DNA of 46,334 nucleotides from Deltaproteobacteria bacterium UBA6930. GTDB taxonomy: Bacteria > Myxococcota_A > UBA9160 > UBA6930. The position numbers and the translations under genes were made by a program. How positions within the stretch are numbered: position 1 is the stretch's first letter; each line of letters begins with the position of its first letter. Under the pieces are notes generated by a model. That model did not search any database and had not been told where the DNA came from. It saw nothing but the letters and a program-made list of their open reading frames with translations. This document shows positions 9,021 to 17,976 of the stretch, piece after piece. The stretch is taken from the NCBI GenBank assembly GCA_002450755.1, contig DKAI01000073.1, positions 1-46,334 of the forward strand, read 5' to 3'.

Positions 9021-10433
9021 GTGAGCGCCCGTATCCTAGTTGCTGACGACGAACGTTCGATTAGAACCTTTTTAAAAGAGGCTTTTTTGGATCAAGGATT
9101 TAATGTAACTGAGGCCGAAAATGGAGACGTAGCCTTGCAGTTTCTAACCGAAACTGATTTTGACATTGCATTTTTAGACATACGGATGCCTGGGGAAAAC
9201 GGTCTTGAGATACTTGCAAAGGCTACAGATTTGGGTGCTACAGCCTCGATCGTAATCATGACCGCACAAAGCACCTTGGAAAATGCAGTTGAAGCTATGA
9301 AACGAGGAGCTTTTGAGTACTTAGTAAAACCGTTTGGCCTTGATCAGGTACGGAACCTTACGAAGGAGATAATGAGTGCAAGGGCGCTCGCCGATGAAGT
9401 GCGTTCCGCACAGAACAGCTCAACCCGTACTGTTAGTACTGACGAGCGACTGGTAGGGCGAAGCAAAGCCCTATTGGAAGTTTTTAAAACCGTCGGGCGT
9501 GTGGCGTCTAGCGATGTGTCCGTACTAATCACGGGAGAAAGTGGGACTGGTAAAGAACTTGTTGCCCGGGCTATTCATTCAGCAAGTGCAAGATGCGAAC
9601 TACCATTTATAGCAATAAACGCCGCGGCGATCCCTCACGAGCTTCTTGAAAGCGAATTGTTTGGACATGAGCGTGGAGCCTTTACTGGCGCAGTAGATCG
9701 AAGACTCGGGCGTTTTAGGGAGGCTAATGGAGGAACCTTGTTCCTCGATGAAATAGGAGATATGCCGATCGCTTTGCAAAGCAAACTTCTTCGAGTTTTA
9801 CAGAGCGGACAAGTTACGCCTGTTGGCGGGGAAAAACCTATCAAGTCCGACGTAAGAATTGTCACTGCTACACATCGCGATCTCGATAATGCCGTTACGG
9901 AAGGAACCTTTAGAGAAGATCTACTATACCGGTTACGAGTAATACCAATTGACATTCCTCCCCTTCGAGAACGGAATGAAGACATCGAAGTATTAGCCAA
10001 CTACTTTATGAACCGTTACGGAGTTAAGAGTGGAAGCGGGGTAGGCCGTCTTTCAGATGATTGCGTTGAATTTTTAAAACGTTATCACTGGCCGGGTAAT
10101 GTTCGAGAACTTGAGAATGCTGTCAAGCGTGGTGTAGTATTGAGCGCTTCAGAAGTTCTTACTCCAAACGATTTCAAATTTCTGGAAACTGATCAAGTTT
10201 TTGAAAACACTTCCTCACTTGAAGAACTCGTGGCACGCGAGACCGACAGTTCACTCGATTTGGGGAAAACGGAACTCTACAGGAATCTCGTAGCAAAAGT
10301 AGAACGTCCTCTACTAGCACGAGTCCTGCTCCACACCCAAGGTAACCAAATAAAGGCTGCATCTATTCTTGGTATTAATCGCAACACATTGAGGAAAAAG
10401 ATTGTTGATCTAGGCATAGACATCGATCCCTAA
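9021..10433 (+). CDS. ntrC: Sigma-54-dependent response regulator (REC + AAA+ + Fis-type HTH), NtrC-like
   Basis: 470 aa with a GTG start. The receiver domain shows LVADDE...DIAFLDIRMPGENG. The Walker A motif is GESGTGKELVARAIH. The GAFTGA sigma-54 contact loop is ESELFGHERGAFTGA. The C-terminal HTH is GNQIKAASILGINRNTLRKKI. Confidence 0.88.
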   Translation: MSARILVADDERSIRTFLKEAFLDQGFNVTEAENGDVALQFLTETDFDIAFLDIRMPGENGLEILAKATDLGATASIVIMTAQSTLENAVEAMKRGAFEYLVKPFGLDQVRNLTKEIMSARALADEVRSAQNSSTRTVSTDERLVGRSKALLEVFKTVGRVASSDVSVLITGESGTGKELVARAIHSASARCELPFIAINAAAIPHELLESELFGHERGAFTGAVDRRLGRFREANGGTLFLDEIGDMPIALQSKLLRVLQSGQVTPVGGEKPIKSDVRIVTATHRDLDNAVTEGTFREDLLYRLRVIPIDIPPLRERNEDIEVLANYFMNRYGVKSGSGVGRLSDDCVEFLKRYHWPGNVRELENAVKRGVVLSASEVLTPNDFKFLETDQVFENTSSLEELVARETDSSLDLGKTELYRNLVAKVERPLLARVLLHTQGNQIKAASILGINRNTLRKKIVDLGIDIDP

Positions 10434-10440
10434 ACTTAAT

Positions 10441-11112
10441 TTGAAACAGCTCTTCAAACATTCTTCGCTACGTGATAACCGCAAAGGAATATGCGGCTTA
10501 CATGTCCTTGTAGATGATGGAAATTGGAGAAACACGCTTATAGATCAGGCAAAAAGTGCGCTTAGGGGTGGTGCCAACGTACTTCAGTTACGTACAAAAG
10601 TATCGACAGATATCGATGTCCTCAAATGGTCAAAAGCACTCCGTAATTTAACCCGATTAAACAATAAATTATTTTTTGTAAACGATCGCTTTGATATTGC
10701 TCTGGCAAGTGAAGCTGATGGTGTTCATTTGGGGCAGGAGGATATTTCCCCTACAATGATCCCGATCAATATTCGTGAGCGCCTACTAATCGGAAGATCC
10801 ACTCATAACATTGAGCAAGTTACAAAAGCAAAGAAAGACAACGTTGACTACATTGCATTCGGACCAATTTTCTCTACTACCACTAAACTATCAAGTTTTA
10901 CCGAGCGTGGAATAACATATTTAAAAGACGCGGTGGCGGCGGCTTCTCCTATTCCTGTAATTGCTATTGGAGGAATTAATTGCGACAACGTCTCGACATT
11001 AAGCGCTGGAGGAGCACAAGGTTTTGCCGTCATATCGGAAATTGCTAACTCTCCTAATCCTGTAGATACAACTAAGCAATTAATCGCAAAATTTTCTTCA
11101 CGAGTAAAATAG
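10441..11112 (+). CDS. thiE: Thiamine-phosphate synthase
   Basis: 223 aa with a TTG start 7 nt after the ntrC stop. The sequence shows LRGGANVLQLRTK..., FFVNDRFDIALASEADGVHLGQEDIS, IGRSTH..., DYIAFGPIFSTTTK, PVIAIGGIN...GFAVISEI. This is the typical ThiE TIM-barrel motif series. Confidence 0.85.
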   Translation: MKQLFKHSSLRDNRKGICGLHVLVDDGNWRNTLIDQAKSALRGGANVLQLRTKVSTDIDVLKWSKALRNLTRLNNKLFFVNDRFDIALASEADGVHLGQEDISPTMIPINIRERLLIGRSTHNIEQVTKAKKDNVDYIAFGPIFSTTTKLSSFTERGITYLKDAVAAASPIPVIAIGGINCDNVSTLSAGGAQGFAVISEIANSPNPVDTTKQLIAKFSSRVK

Positions 11113-11117
11113 AAACC

Positions 11118-12338
11118 ATGGAACGTTTAATACCAATTTTGGGCCTCTTTGCGATGATTTGTATCGCATGGATAGTTTCTGAAAGGAGGAGAGCATTTCC
11201 TTGGCGAGTTGTACTCTGGGGAATAAGTCTGCAGGTCTTATTCGGGAGTCTTCTCTTGCGTACCGAATTAGGTCAACTGGTTTTTGTTGGAGCGAACAAA
11301 TTCGTCGTGAAGATACTTGGGTATTCTCAGTCAGGCGTACATTTTGTTTTCGGTGAAATCTCAAAGGATAACTTTTCGATTGCTTTCGGAGTGCTCCCTG
11401 TGATCATATTTAGTGGAAGCATCATCGGCATACTTTATCACCTTGGACTTGTGCAAAAACTGGTAGAAGCATTTTCGTATTTAATGAAAAAAACAATGAA
11501 TATTTCGGGAGCGGAGAGCCTAGCTGCAACAGCGAATATTTTCGTTGGCATGACTGAGGCTCCTTTGTTGGTAAGGCCCTATATCGAGAAAATGACGCGA
11601 TCAGGACTCTTTTGCCTAATGACAACTGGAATGTCTACCGTAGCTGGGTCAGTACTCATAGCATATTCGGGGTTGTTAGGCGGACAGTCGTTTGCAGGAC
11701 ACCTTATAGTTGCAAGTTTGATATCTGCACCTGCAGGAATTGTTATATCGAAGGTAATGGTTCCTGAGAACCGGAATGACGGAACAGCAGGCAACGAAAT
11801 GAAATTAGCTAGACCTGATAGCGTTAACCTTATCGATGCAGCATCGCAAGGAGCTCTAGGAGCAATGCGCCTAGCTGCTTGTGTAGGTACTTTGCTTATA
11901 GTATTTGTTGCCTTAGTTGCCCTTCTAAATGATGGTATTAATTTTCTGGGAACAGCTTTCGGTATTTCTGATCTTTCTTTAGAGATGATTTTCGGATGGG
12001 CGTTTGCTCCCGTTGCGTGGCTACTCGGAATTCCGTGGTCTGAGGCTCAGACAGTGGGAGCACTCCTCGGCGTAAAGACGGTTTTAAACGAATTCCTTGC
12101 TTTCGAACAACTTTCAGGGCTGATCAGCAGCGGTGGTCTTAGTGAAAGATCGCAAATCATCAGCGCTTATGCATTGTGTGGGTTCGCAAATTTCGGATCT
12201 CTTGCGATTTTGATAGGTGGTATAGGAGGAATGGCCCCACAAAGGAGGGCCGAAATAGCAAACTTAGGTCTTCGGTGTGTTCTTTCGGGTACTCTCTCCA
12301 CACTTATGACCGGCTGCATCGCTGCAATTCTCATCTAG
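11118..12338 (+). CDS. NupC/NupG-family concentrative nucleoside (CNT) transporter
   Basis: 406 aa, polytopic. The sequence shows GVHFVFGE..., ESLAATANIFVGMTEAPLLVRPY..., MTTGMSTVAGSVL..., LGVKTVLNEFLAFEQL. It starts 5 nt after the thiE stop. Confidence 0.85.
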   Translation: MERLIPILGLFAMICIAWIVSERRRAFPWRVVLWGISLQVLFGSLLLRTELGQLVFVGANKFVVKILGYSQSGVHFVFGEISKDNFSIAFGVLPVIIFSGSIIGILYHLGLVQKLVEAFSYLMKKTMNISGAESLAATANIFVGMTEAPLLVRPYIEKMTRSGLFCLMTTGMSTVAGSVLIAYSGLLGGQSFAGHLIVASLISAPAGIVISKVMVPENRNDGTAGNEMKLARPDSVNLIDAASQGALGAMRLAACVGTLLIVFVALVALLNDGINFLGTAFGISDLSLEMIFGWAFAPVAWLLGIPWSEAQTVGALLGVKTVLNEFLAFEQLSGLISSGGLSERSQIISAYALCGFANFGSLAILIGGIGGMAPQRRAEIANLGLRCVLSGTLSTLMTGCIAAILI

Positions 12339-12549
12339 ATGTGAGTGGACAGGATCGTCAAGCGAAAAGGCCTCTAATTGTCGAAACCGGCGTTTTGGAG
12401 ATGTAGCATTCACATATGGCCACGTTCGAAGAATTTAGGGCGACCTTTCCTTAGATAGGAAATTAACTTCTTCAGTGAATACGGTAGTTTAGCTGCATAA
12501 AGAAAAGTTCGAGAAGGGGGTTTACGCGCTCTAAACAAGAGCGGATAAT

Positions 12550-13599
12550 TCAGCACACCCTTAATCCTTTCGTCTCGAGATTCGTTACGGCTCTCGAGGC
12601 TATCTCGAGAAGAATCTCATCACCTCCTAAATTAAATTCGCGGATACATGCCTCGGTTAACTTGATGATGTGTTCATCTAGGCTGCACGCTGCCAGGTAG
12701 CCTATCTCCTCGACGCTTTTGTATAATTTCGACTTCACCTGGTTCCCATTTTTCTCCGGTATTCGATTTTTTGGACAAAGGGCATAGAAGCACAGGCAAA
12801 CTTGCCAAGCTCGACGGGTCAGCTTCATCAGAATGGCATCTTTAGAATCTAGACCAAACAACCTAATTGCCGAAGCTGTCGTGATCCCGTGAGCCGCAGC
12901 AAGCCAACCAGAATCTGTGTTTTGAAAGCAGTCCGCCGCTATTCGAATCATTTCGTAGGAATCGGCTATTGCATTTTCAGAAGAGAAAGAAGGCCAAGCT
13001 ACCGCATCTCGAAACGAGCTGAGTTGGGTAAAGCCATCCACCGATCTAGTGAACAGTTGATCGGAATCAAAAGCAGATGGAGATCTTAAGTTTTCTAAAG
13101 CGTTTTTGAACGAACCTCTACTATTTTTTCCAGGCTCCCCCGGAAGCACTTGATACGTGGCAGCCCAATAACCAAGGCCATGAGCTAGCTCTCGCCTGCG
13201 GCATTCCGTATCTCTTTTTTTTAGCGCTCTCACCGCGTGTGCAGTGCGCAGGTAGCCGTGGCCTCCTGCCCCAAACAGACCATCGCAGAGCAACCCCAGT
13301 GCCGATAGAAGAACGTCATGCCAGGGTTCTTTTGATAGTCGCTCTTCGAAAGTTGCTATCCAGTCCGCGGCAAGATTTGAATGGCCAAGGGAATCCCGGG
13401 CACTCTCTTTCTGGAGTGGTTTTCCCTTTGGCATAAGAGGAACTCTCGGCGCGTAACGATCCACCATCGCCGGAATCAAGGCAGAATGGCCTAGTTCTTC
13501 CAAGGTCTCGCAGGCCATTGGACCATGGTTGGCCAGCTCACCCCCCCATATTGGTGAAAGTTCGTGGAACCTACTCAAAGCTTCGTCTAGTTCGGTCAT
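12550..13599 (-). CDS. Questin-oxidase-like (DUF4243) family protein; function unknown
   Basis: 349 aa. From memory, the N-terminal ANHGPMACETLEELG, the internal GGHGYLRTAHAVRAL and the C-terminal DEHIIKLTEAC resemble the DUF4243/questin oxidase family. AGGAGGGA lies upstream of the ATG. Confidence 0.55.
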   Translation of the reverse strand: MTELDEALSRFHELSPIWGGELANHGPMACETLEELGHSALIPAMVDRYAPRVPLMPKGKPLQKESARDSLGHSNLAADWIATFEERLSKEPWHDVLLSALGLLCDGLFGAGGHGYLRTAHAVRALKKRDTECRRRELAHGLGYWAATYQVLPGEPGKNSRGSFKNALENLRSPSAFDSDQLFTRSVDGFTQLSSFRDAVAWPSFSSENAIADSYEMIRIAADCFQNTDSGWLAAAHGITTASAIRLFGLDSKDAILMKLTRRAWQVCLCFYALCPKNRIPEKNGNQVKSKLYKSVEEIGYLAACSLDEHIIKLTEACIREFNLGGDEILLEIASRAVTNLETKGLRVC

Positions 13600-13676
13600 T
13601 TCTCTCCCGTCCCTCCTATAATAGCTTTCTCAGATTTTCGAGTTGACAGAACAACTAGCCAGCTTACCTTCGTTCT

Positions 13677-14786
13677 GTGGAAGATTTAAACGAAGGACAA
13701 ATACTCGAGGCTCTTCGACCAATCGTAGATCCAGATTTTGGCAAGAGCATCGTTGATCTCGGATTTATCAAAGATCTCTCAATCATAGAGTCGTCTGTCT
13801 CCTTCTCGATTGAGCTGACGACCCCAGCCTGTCCCGTAAAAGCAGAATTCGAACGAGAAGCCCGAGAGCGAGTAAGTGCCCTTTCAGGTGTGAATGCGGT
13901 AAACATAAAAATGACTGCCCAGACCAGGGGAGGATCGCAAGATCCAAACAAATCAATAATTCCAGGGGTTAAGAACACTGTCGCAGTGGCATCTGGCAAG
14001 GGTGGGGTCGGCAAAAGTACGACGGCGGTAAACCTGGCATTGGCTCTTTCAGAAACTGGAGCATCTGTCGGTCTTTTGGATGCTGATGTATACGGGCCTT
14101 CATTACCGCTCTTGCTGGGGTTAAATCGGCGCCCAGAAACCCGAGTTGAAGGCGAAGAAAAAGTCATCCTCCCATTGGAAGCGTTCGGATTACGCGTCAT
14201 GTCCATGGGTTTTTTCTTAACAAAAGAGAGTCCGGTGATTTGGCGCGGACCCATGGTACATGGCGTAATCAAGCAGTTCCTTACCGATGTGCATTGGGGC
14301 GAGTTGGACTATTTAATAATCGACCTTCCTCCAGGAACGGGGGATGCGGCACTCACGCTTACCCAGCTAGCTCCCCTATCGGGCGCGATAATTGTCACCA
14401 CCGCTAATGAATTAAGTGTGGCCGACGCGCGAAAGGGATTAGTAATGTTTGAAAAGGTGAACGTTCCCGTTTTAGGAATAGTTGAAAACATGTCATATTT
14501 CATTCCGCCGGACCTACCTGATCGGCGTTATAAGATCTTTGGGGAAGGAGGAGGAAAGCGTATAGCCGATGAACTTTCTGTCCCCTTCCTGTGCGAAGTC
14601 CCTATAGAACCAGAAATTGTATCTGGTGGCGATAAGGGACGTCCAATTCTTATCCAGAACCCCGAGTCACACGTAGCTTCGGTATTTCGAGATCTCTGTG
14701 GAAACATTGCACGACGTCTCGCTGTTTTAGCAGATAATTCACCAACGATTGCAGATACCAGCATCACTTGGGTGAACACTAAATAA
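13677..14786 (+). CDS. apbC: Fe-S cluster carrier ATPase Mrp/ApbC with an N-terminal DUF59 (MIP18) domain
   Basis: 369 aa with a GTG start. The DUF59-like N-terminus is ILEALRPIVDPDFGKSIVDLGFI. The deviant Walker A is VASGKGGVGKSTTAVNLA. Also present are DADVYGPS and the DLPPGTGD switch. Confidence 0.9.
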   Translation: MEDLNEGQILEALRPIVDPDFGKSIVDLGFIKDLSIIESSVSFSIELTTPACPVKAEFEREARERVSALSGVNAVNIKMTAQTRGGSQDPNKSIIPGVKNTVAVASGKGGVGKSTTAVNLALALSETGASVGLLDADVYGPSLPLLLGLNRRPETRVEGEEKVILPLEAFGLRVMSMGFFLTKESPVIWRGPMVHGVIKQFLTDVHWGELDYLIIDLPPGTGDAALTLTQLAPLSGAIIVTTANELSVADARKGLVMFEKVNVPVLGIVENMSYFIPPDLPDRRYKIFGEGGGKRIADELSVPFLCEVPIEPEIVSGGDKGRPILIQNPESHVASVFRDLCGNIARRLAVLADNSPTIADTSITWVNTK

Positions 14787-14902
14787 CTGCAAAGATCCGG
14801 ACCTACTCACGGTTAGTAGGAAGCTACGGCTTGCAGACCGACTATCGTAAAAGAAAAGAATTCTTCAATAAGCAAATTTAATTTTGCAATAGTTTTTCGA
14901 TG

Positions 14903-15601
14903 CTAATTTTCAGACCCATGGAGCAGTAAGGGGTGAAACAGCGGAAACGGCGCGGTGGGCATTTCTGCAACGCGCTTCTGGTAAGCGTCATAAGTAAATT
15001 CTTCTAGTTTGACTCGAGGATCGGGCTTAAAGAAAGTATCATCCATTTCCAACGCGCGTGACCAATTCAGGTACCGCATGTTTATGTTCTTGTTGCTTTC
15101 GCGGTGCCAAGTTCTAAGAAATATCGGGAGCTTCGTTTCCAAATCGCTTATACAAACCTCCCTTTTCCCGATATTGTCTGTCGTACGAAATAAAAGGCAG
15201 GTTCCGAGACCGTACTTTTCCTCAGAAACTTGCTCACCTCCGTCCTTAATTATTTTCTCTGCCTCTAGAGCAAAAGGACGACCGCGTTCCTTATCCTTAA
15301 CCTTCGCCCGTGCACTCCGCTCGATTGAAATTCCACGAGCTAGCAAGACATCTATCATCAGATAGTGAGTTTCATTAACTATAGTCGTCATGGGCTGGCC
15401 ACCTAGGACTGCTTCGGAACGAAAAAGAGAGCCTTTCGACCAAAATCTCTCGAGCGAAAAGCCCGTATCACCGCTTGTTACTCGTTCGGCAAACCAAGTT
15501 TGCTCTTCTTTGGATTCGTCTGCTGCAAGCCCCGGGATTGCAATAAGTCCCACCAGAATAAATGCTAAAGCCACGAAGCCTGACCGATTAAAACACTTCA
15601 C
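14903..15601 (-). CDS. Hypothetical exported protein (signal peptide present, no family recognised)
   Basis: 232 aa. The GTG start lies 6 nt after AAGGAG. The N-terminus MKCFNRSGFVALAFILVGLIAIPGLAADE looks like a Sec signal peptide with an A-x-A cleavage site. I could not place the remainder. Confidence 0.65.
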   Translation of the reverse strand: MKCFNRSGFVALAFILVGLIAIPGLAADESKEEQTWFAERVTSGDTGFSLERFWSKGSLFRSEAVLGGQPMTTIVNETHYLMIDVLLARGISIERSARAKVKDKERGRPFALEAEKIIKDGGEQVSEEKYGLGTCLLFRTTDNIGKREVCISDLETKLPIFLRTWHRESNKNINMRYLNWSRALEMDDTFFKPDPRVKLEEFTYDAYQKRVAEMPTAPFPLFHPLLLHGSEN

Positions 15602-15636
15602 TGACTTCTCCTTTTCTTGTTCCCGCTTGGCGGGGA

Positions 15637-16449
15637 TTGTCGGGTACTCTTAACTCAATGCATTGTGCTCTCAGTATCGCAGGATCAGACCCCACGGGGG
15701 GCGCTGGTCTCCAGATGGATCTACAGGTGTTCAAATCCTTTGGACTCCATGGAGCTGCCGTGCCAACTGCGCTTACCCTGCAAGATACTTCCAAAGTACA
15801 TTCTGTGTTGCCACTCTTCCCTTCAGTAGTGCTAGATCAACTACGTATTCTACTAAGAGACATAACCCCGAACGCCATAAAGGTCGGCATGCTCGCCACC
15901 GATGATATCGTCCGTTCCGTAATTCAAGGCCTATCGAGCCTCGAAAATTCAGAGGTTCCGCTTGTAATCGACCCCGTTTTGAGTTCGAGCGACGGTACTC
16001 CCTTACTCGAACGTCGAGCATTGAGCAGCCTAAAGGATCTTTGCTCTAAAGCAGTGCTCGTGACGCCGAACCTGCCAGAGACCCACCAAATAACTGGAAT
16101 CGATGTTAGTACCGAAGAAGGCATCAAACGGGCCGCCAAAGTATTGATTGAAGAACTCAAATGTAAATCTGTTCTAGTCAAAGGCGGACATCTACAAGAG
16201 GATTCTCATGACTGGCTAGCCTCTAAAAACCCCAAATTCGAGTTTACAAAATTCGATGGTACCCGACTCAACACTCCCCCAGTCCACGGGACGGGCTGCG
16301 CCCTCTCCTCTGCCATTACTGCAAACCTTGCACTCGGAAGATCATTAGTAGAATCGGTGGAACTTGCTCGAGCTTTTGTCCGGAATGGGATAAAAAATGC
16401 TGAACAAATAGGATCGGGTTCATCATTCTTAAAGTTCGGTCGTGTCTGA
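15637..16449 (+). CDS. thiD: Hydroxymethylpyrimidine/phosphomethylpyrimidine kinase
   Basis: 270 aa. The sequence shows ALSIAGSDPTGGAGLQMDLQVF...KVGML...VIDPV...KGGH...HGTGCALSSAI. The real start may be the ATG at 15658 (MHCALSIAGSD) rather than the TTG at 15637. Confidence 0.9.
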   Translation: MSGTLNSMHCALSIAGSDPTGGAGLQMDLQVFKSFGLHGAAVPTALTLQDTSKVHSVLPLFPSVVLDQLRILLRDITPNAIKVGMLATDDIVRSVIQGLSSLENSEVPLVIDPVLSSSDGTPLLERRALSSLKDLCSKAVLVTPNLPETHQITGIDVSTEEGIKRAAKVLIEELKCKSVLVKGGHLQEDSHDWLASKNPKFEFTKFDGTRLNTPPVHGTGCALSSAITANLALGRSLVESVELARAFVRNGIKNAEQIGSGSSFLKFGRV

Positions 16450-16486
16450 GCTTCGAAAAGTATCGCTTATTGCCAAGCGGGAACTC

Positions 16487-17917
16487 TTAGGATTTACGAA
16501 GACGATTCAGAAGCTTTTCGCGAATGTTGCCAAAACTCCCATTGCTTAGCGTGACTATCACGTCGCCAACCTGACTTAAACGAGCGACCTCATCCACTAT
16601 AGACTCGACTCCGTCCAGAGCAACGGCGTCTAACCCTCTTTCACGTAGACAACACGCGAGCTCAGTTGAAGAAAAAAATTCATCCACTCTTCCTGTCGCA
16701 CTGTAAATTGGACCTTGATCGACTTCGCTTACTACCACTCGTCCCGCACTATCAAACGATTCTCCATACGCTTTTTGAAAAACTGAACGCCTGCTTGTAT
16801 TAGAACGGGGCTCAAACACCGCGACGATACGGCGACCTCGGAAACGCGATGAAAGAGCCTCGAGTGTTTCTCTAACTGCCGTTGGATGATGAGCAAAGTC
16901 GTCAATAAGAGTAACACCCGAAACTTCTCCAAAAACCTCCTGGCGTCTCTTAACCCCACAGTAGCTTCCGAGAGCAGTTGAGGCTGCCTGCTTTGAAACT
17001 CCCAACTCAAGGGAAACTGCAAGTGCGGCAGTTGCATTCGCTACATTGTATCGGCCGAAGGTAGGCAAAAAGAAATCGCCAATATATTTTTCGTCATACA
17101 GCAGTTCAAATCGTGTACCGAATTTCTCTTCAACAATTCCAGTAGCTAAATATCCCGAGCTCCGAGTGGAGCTCACTGAATAGGGAATGACCTTACATGG
17201 AGCATCTTTAACGACAGTAGCTACATTGGGCAGATAATTAGCAGAAACGATGAATCCGTCGGAAGGCATTGCCGCCACCAATCGCTTAAACGAATCCATG
17301 ACATCATCGAGATCAAAATAAATATCGGCGTGATCAAACTCGACAGACGTTAGAATTAGAAACGAAGGATGGTAATGCAGGAATTTTGGTGTCTTGTCAA
17401 AAAATGCAGTGTCATATTCATCCCCCTCAACGATAAAATAGTCTCCCTTTCCTTCTACAAAACTGCTGCCAAGATTATTAGAGATCCCCCCTAGCAAGAC
17501 TGAAGGCTCCAAACCAACATCGCGAAGAATGGTTCCCAACATGCTGGTAGTGGTGGTTTTTCCATGGGTACCAGAAACAACAATTCGTCTCTTATCTCGC
17601 ATTGCAAATTCGTACAAAGCGTCTGAAAATGAATAGATTGGCAAGTTTCTATTTTTTGCAGCTTGGGCTTCTGGATTGTCCGATCTAACTGCATTACCGA
17701 TCACAACGATATCCGGGGGAGGATCTGTAGCCACGTTCTCAGGCTTGAAGCCGTGGGACACCGGTATATTCCAATCAGCGAGGGCAATACTCATCGGAGG
17801 ATAAATATTCAGGTCGGAACCGGTAACATGAAGTCCCCTAGATTTCATTAACCCGGCCAGAGAACCCATACCCGTTCCACATACTGCGATAAAATGAACG
17901 CGTTTGATACCCTTCAT
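16487..17917 (-). CDS. mpl: UDP-N-acetylmuramate:L-alanyl-gamma-D-glutamyl-meso-DAP ligase (murein peptide ligase)
   Basis: 476 aa. The N-terminus HFIAVCGTGMGSLAGLMKSRGLHVTGSDLNIYPPMS matches the Mpl signature (E. coli ...GSDANVYPPMS). The Mur ligase P-loop is VSGTHGKTTTTSM. Confidence 0.85.
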   Translation of the reverse strand: MKGIKRVHFIAVCGTGMGSLAGLMKSRGLHVTGSDLNIYPPMSIALADWNIPVSHGFKPENVATDPPPDIVVIGNAVRSDNPEAQAAKNRNLPIYSFSDALYEFAMRDKRRIVVSGTHGKTTTTSMLGTILRDVGLEPSVLLGGISNNLGSSFVEGKGDYFIVEGDEYDTAFFDKTPKFLHYHPSFLILTSVEFDHADIYFDLDDVMDSFKRLVAAMPSDGFIVSANYLPNVATVVKDAPCKVIPYSVSSTRSSGYLATGIVEEKFGTRFELLYDEKYIGDFFLPTFGRYNVANATAALAVSLELGVSKQAASTALGSYCGVKRRQEVFGEVSGVTLIDDFAHHPTAVRETLEALSSRFRGRRIVAVFEPRSNTSRRSVFQKAYGESFDSAGRVVVSEVDQGPIYSATGRVDEFFSSTELACCLRERGLDAVALDGVESIVDEVARLSQVGDVIVTLSNGSFGNIREKLLNRLRKS

Positions 17918-17976
17918 ATCGTTGAGGTTGGTTTCCTTCCTGACTAGATATATAGATGTGCCGTGACTACTTCAGA

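Noticed and set aside
13664-14272. A 202-aa ORF antisense to apbC, the longest unassigned ORF in the track.
   Set aside because: It lies entirely inside a well-supported, motif-rich CDS on the opposite strand. Its product is low-complexity (Ser/Pro/Arg/Thr-rich) with no start context. This is the typical shadow ORF of a codon-biased gene. The same reasoning applies to 1109..1501, 3539..4009, 21597..22067, 24376..24846 and 35493..36005.
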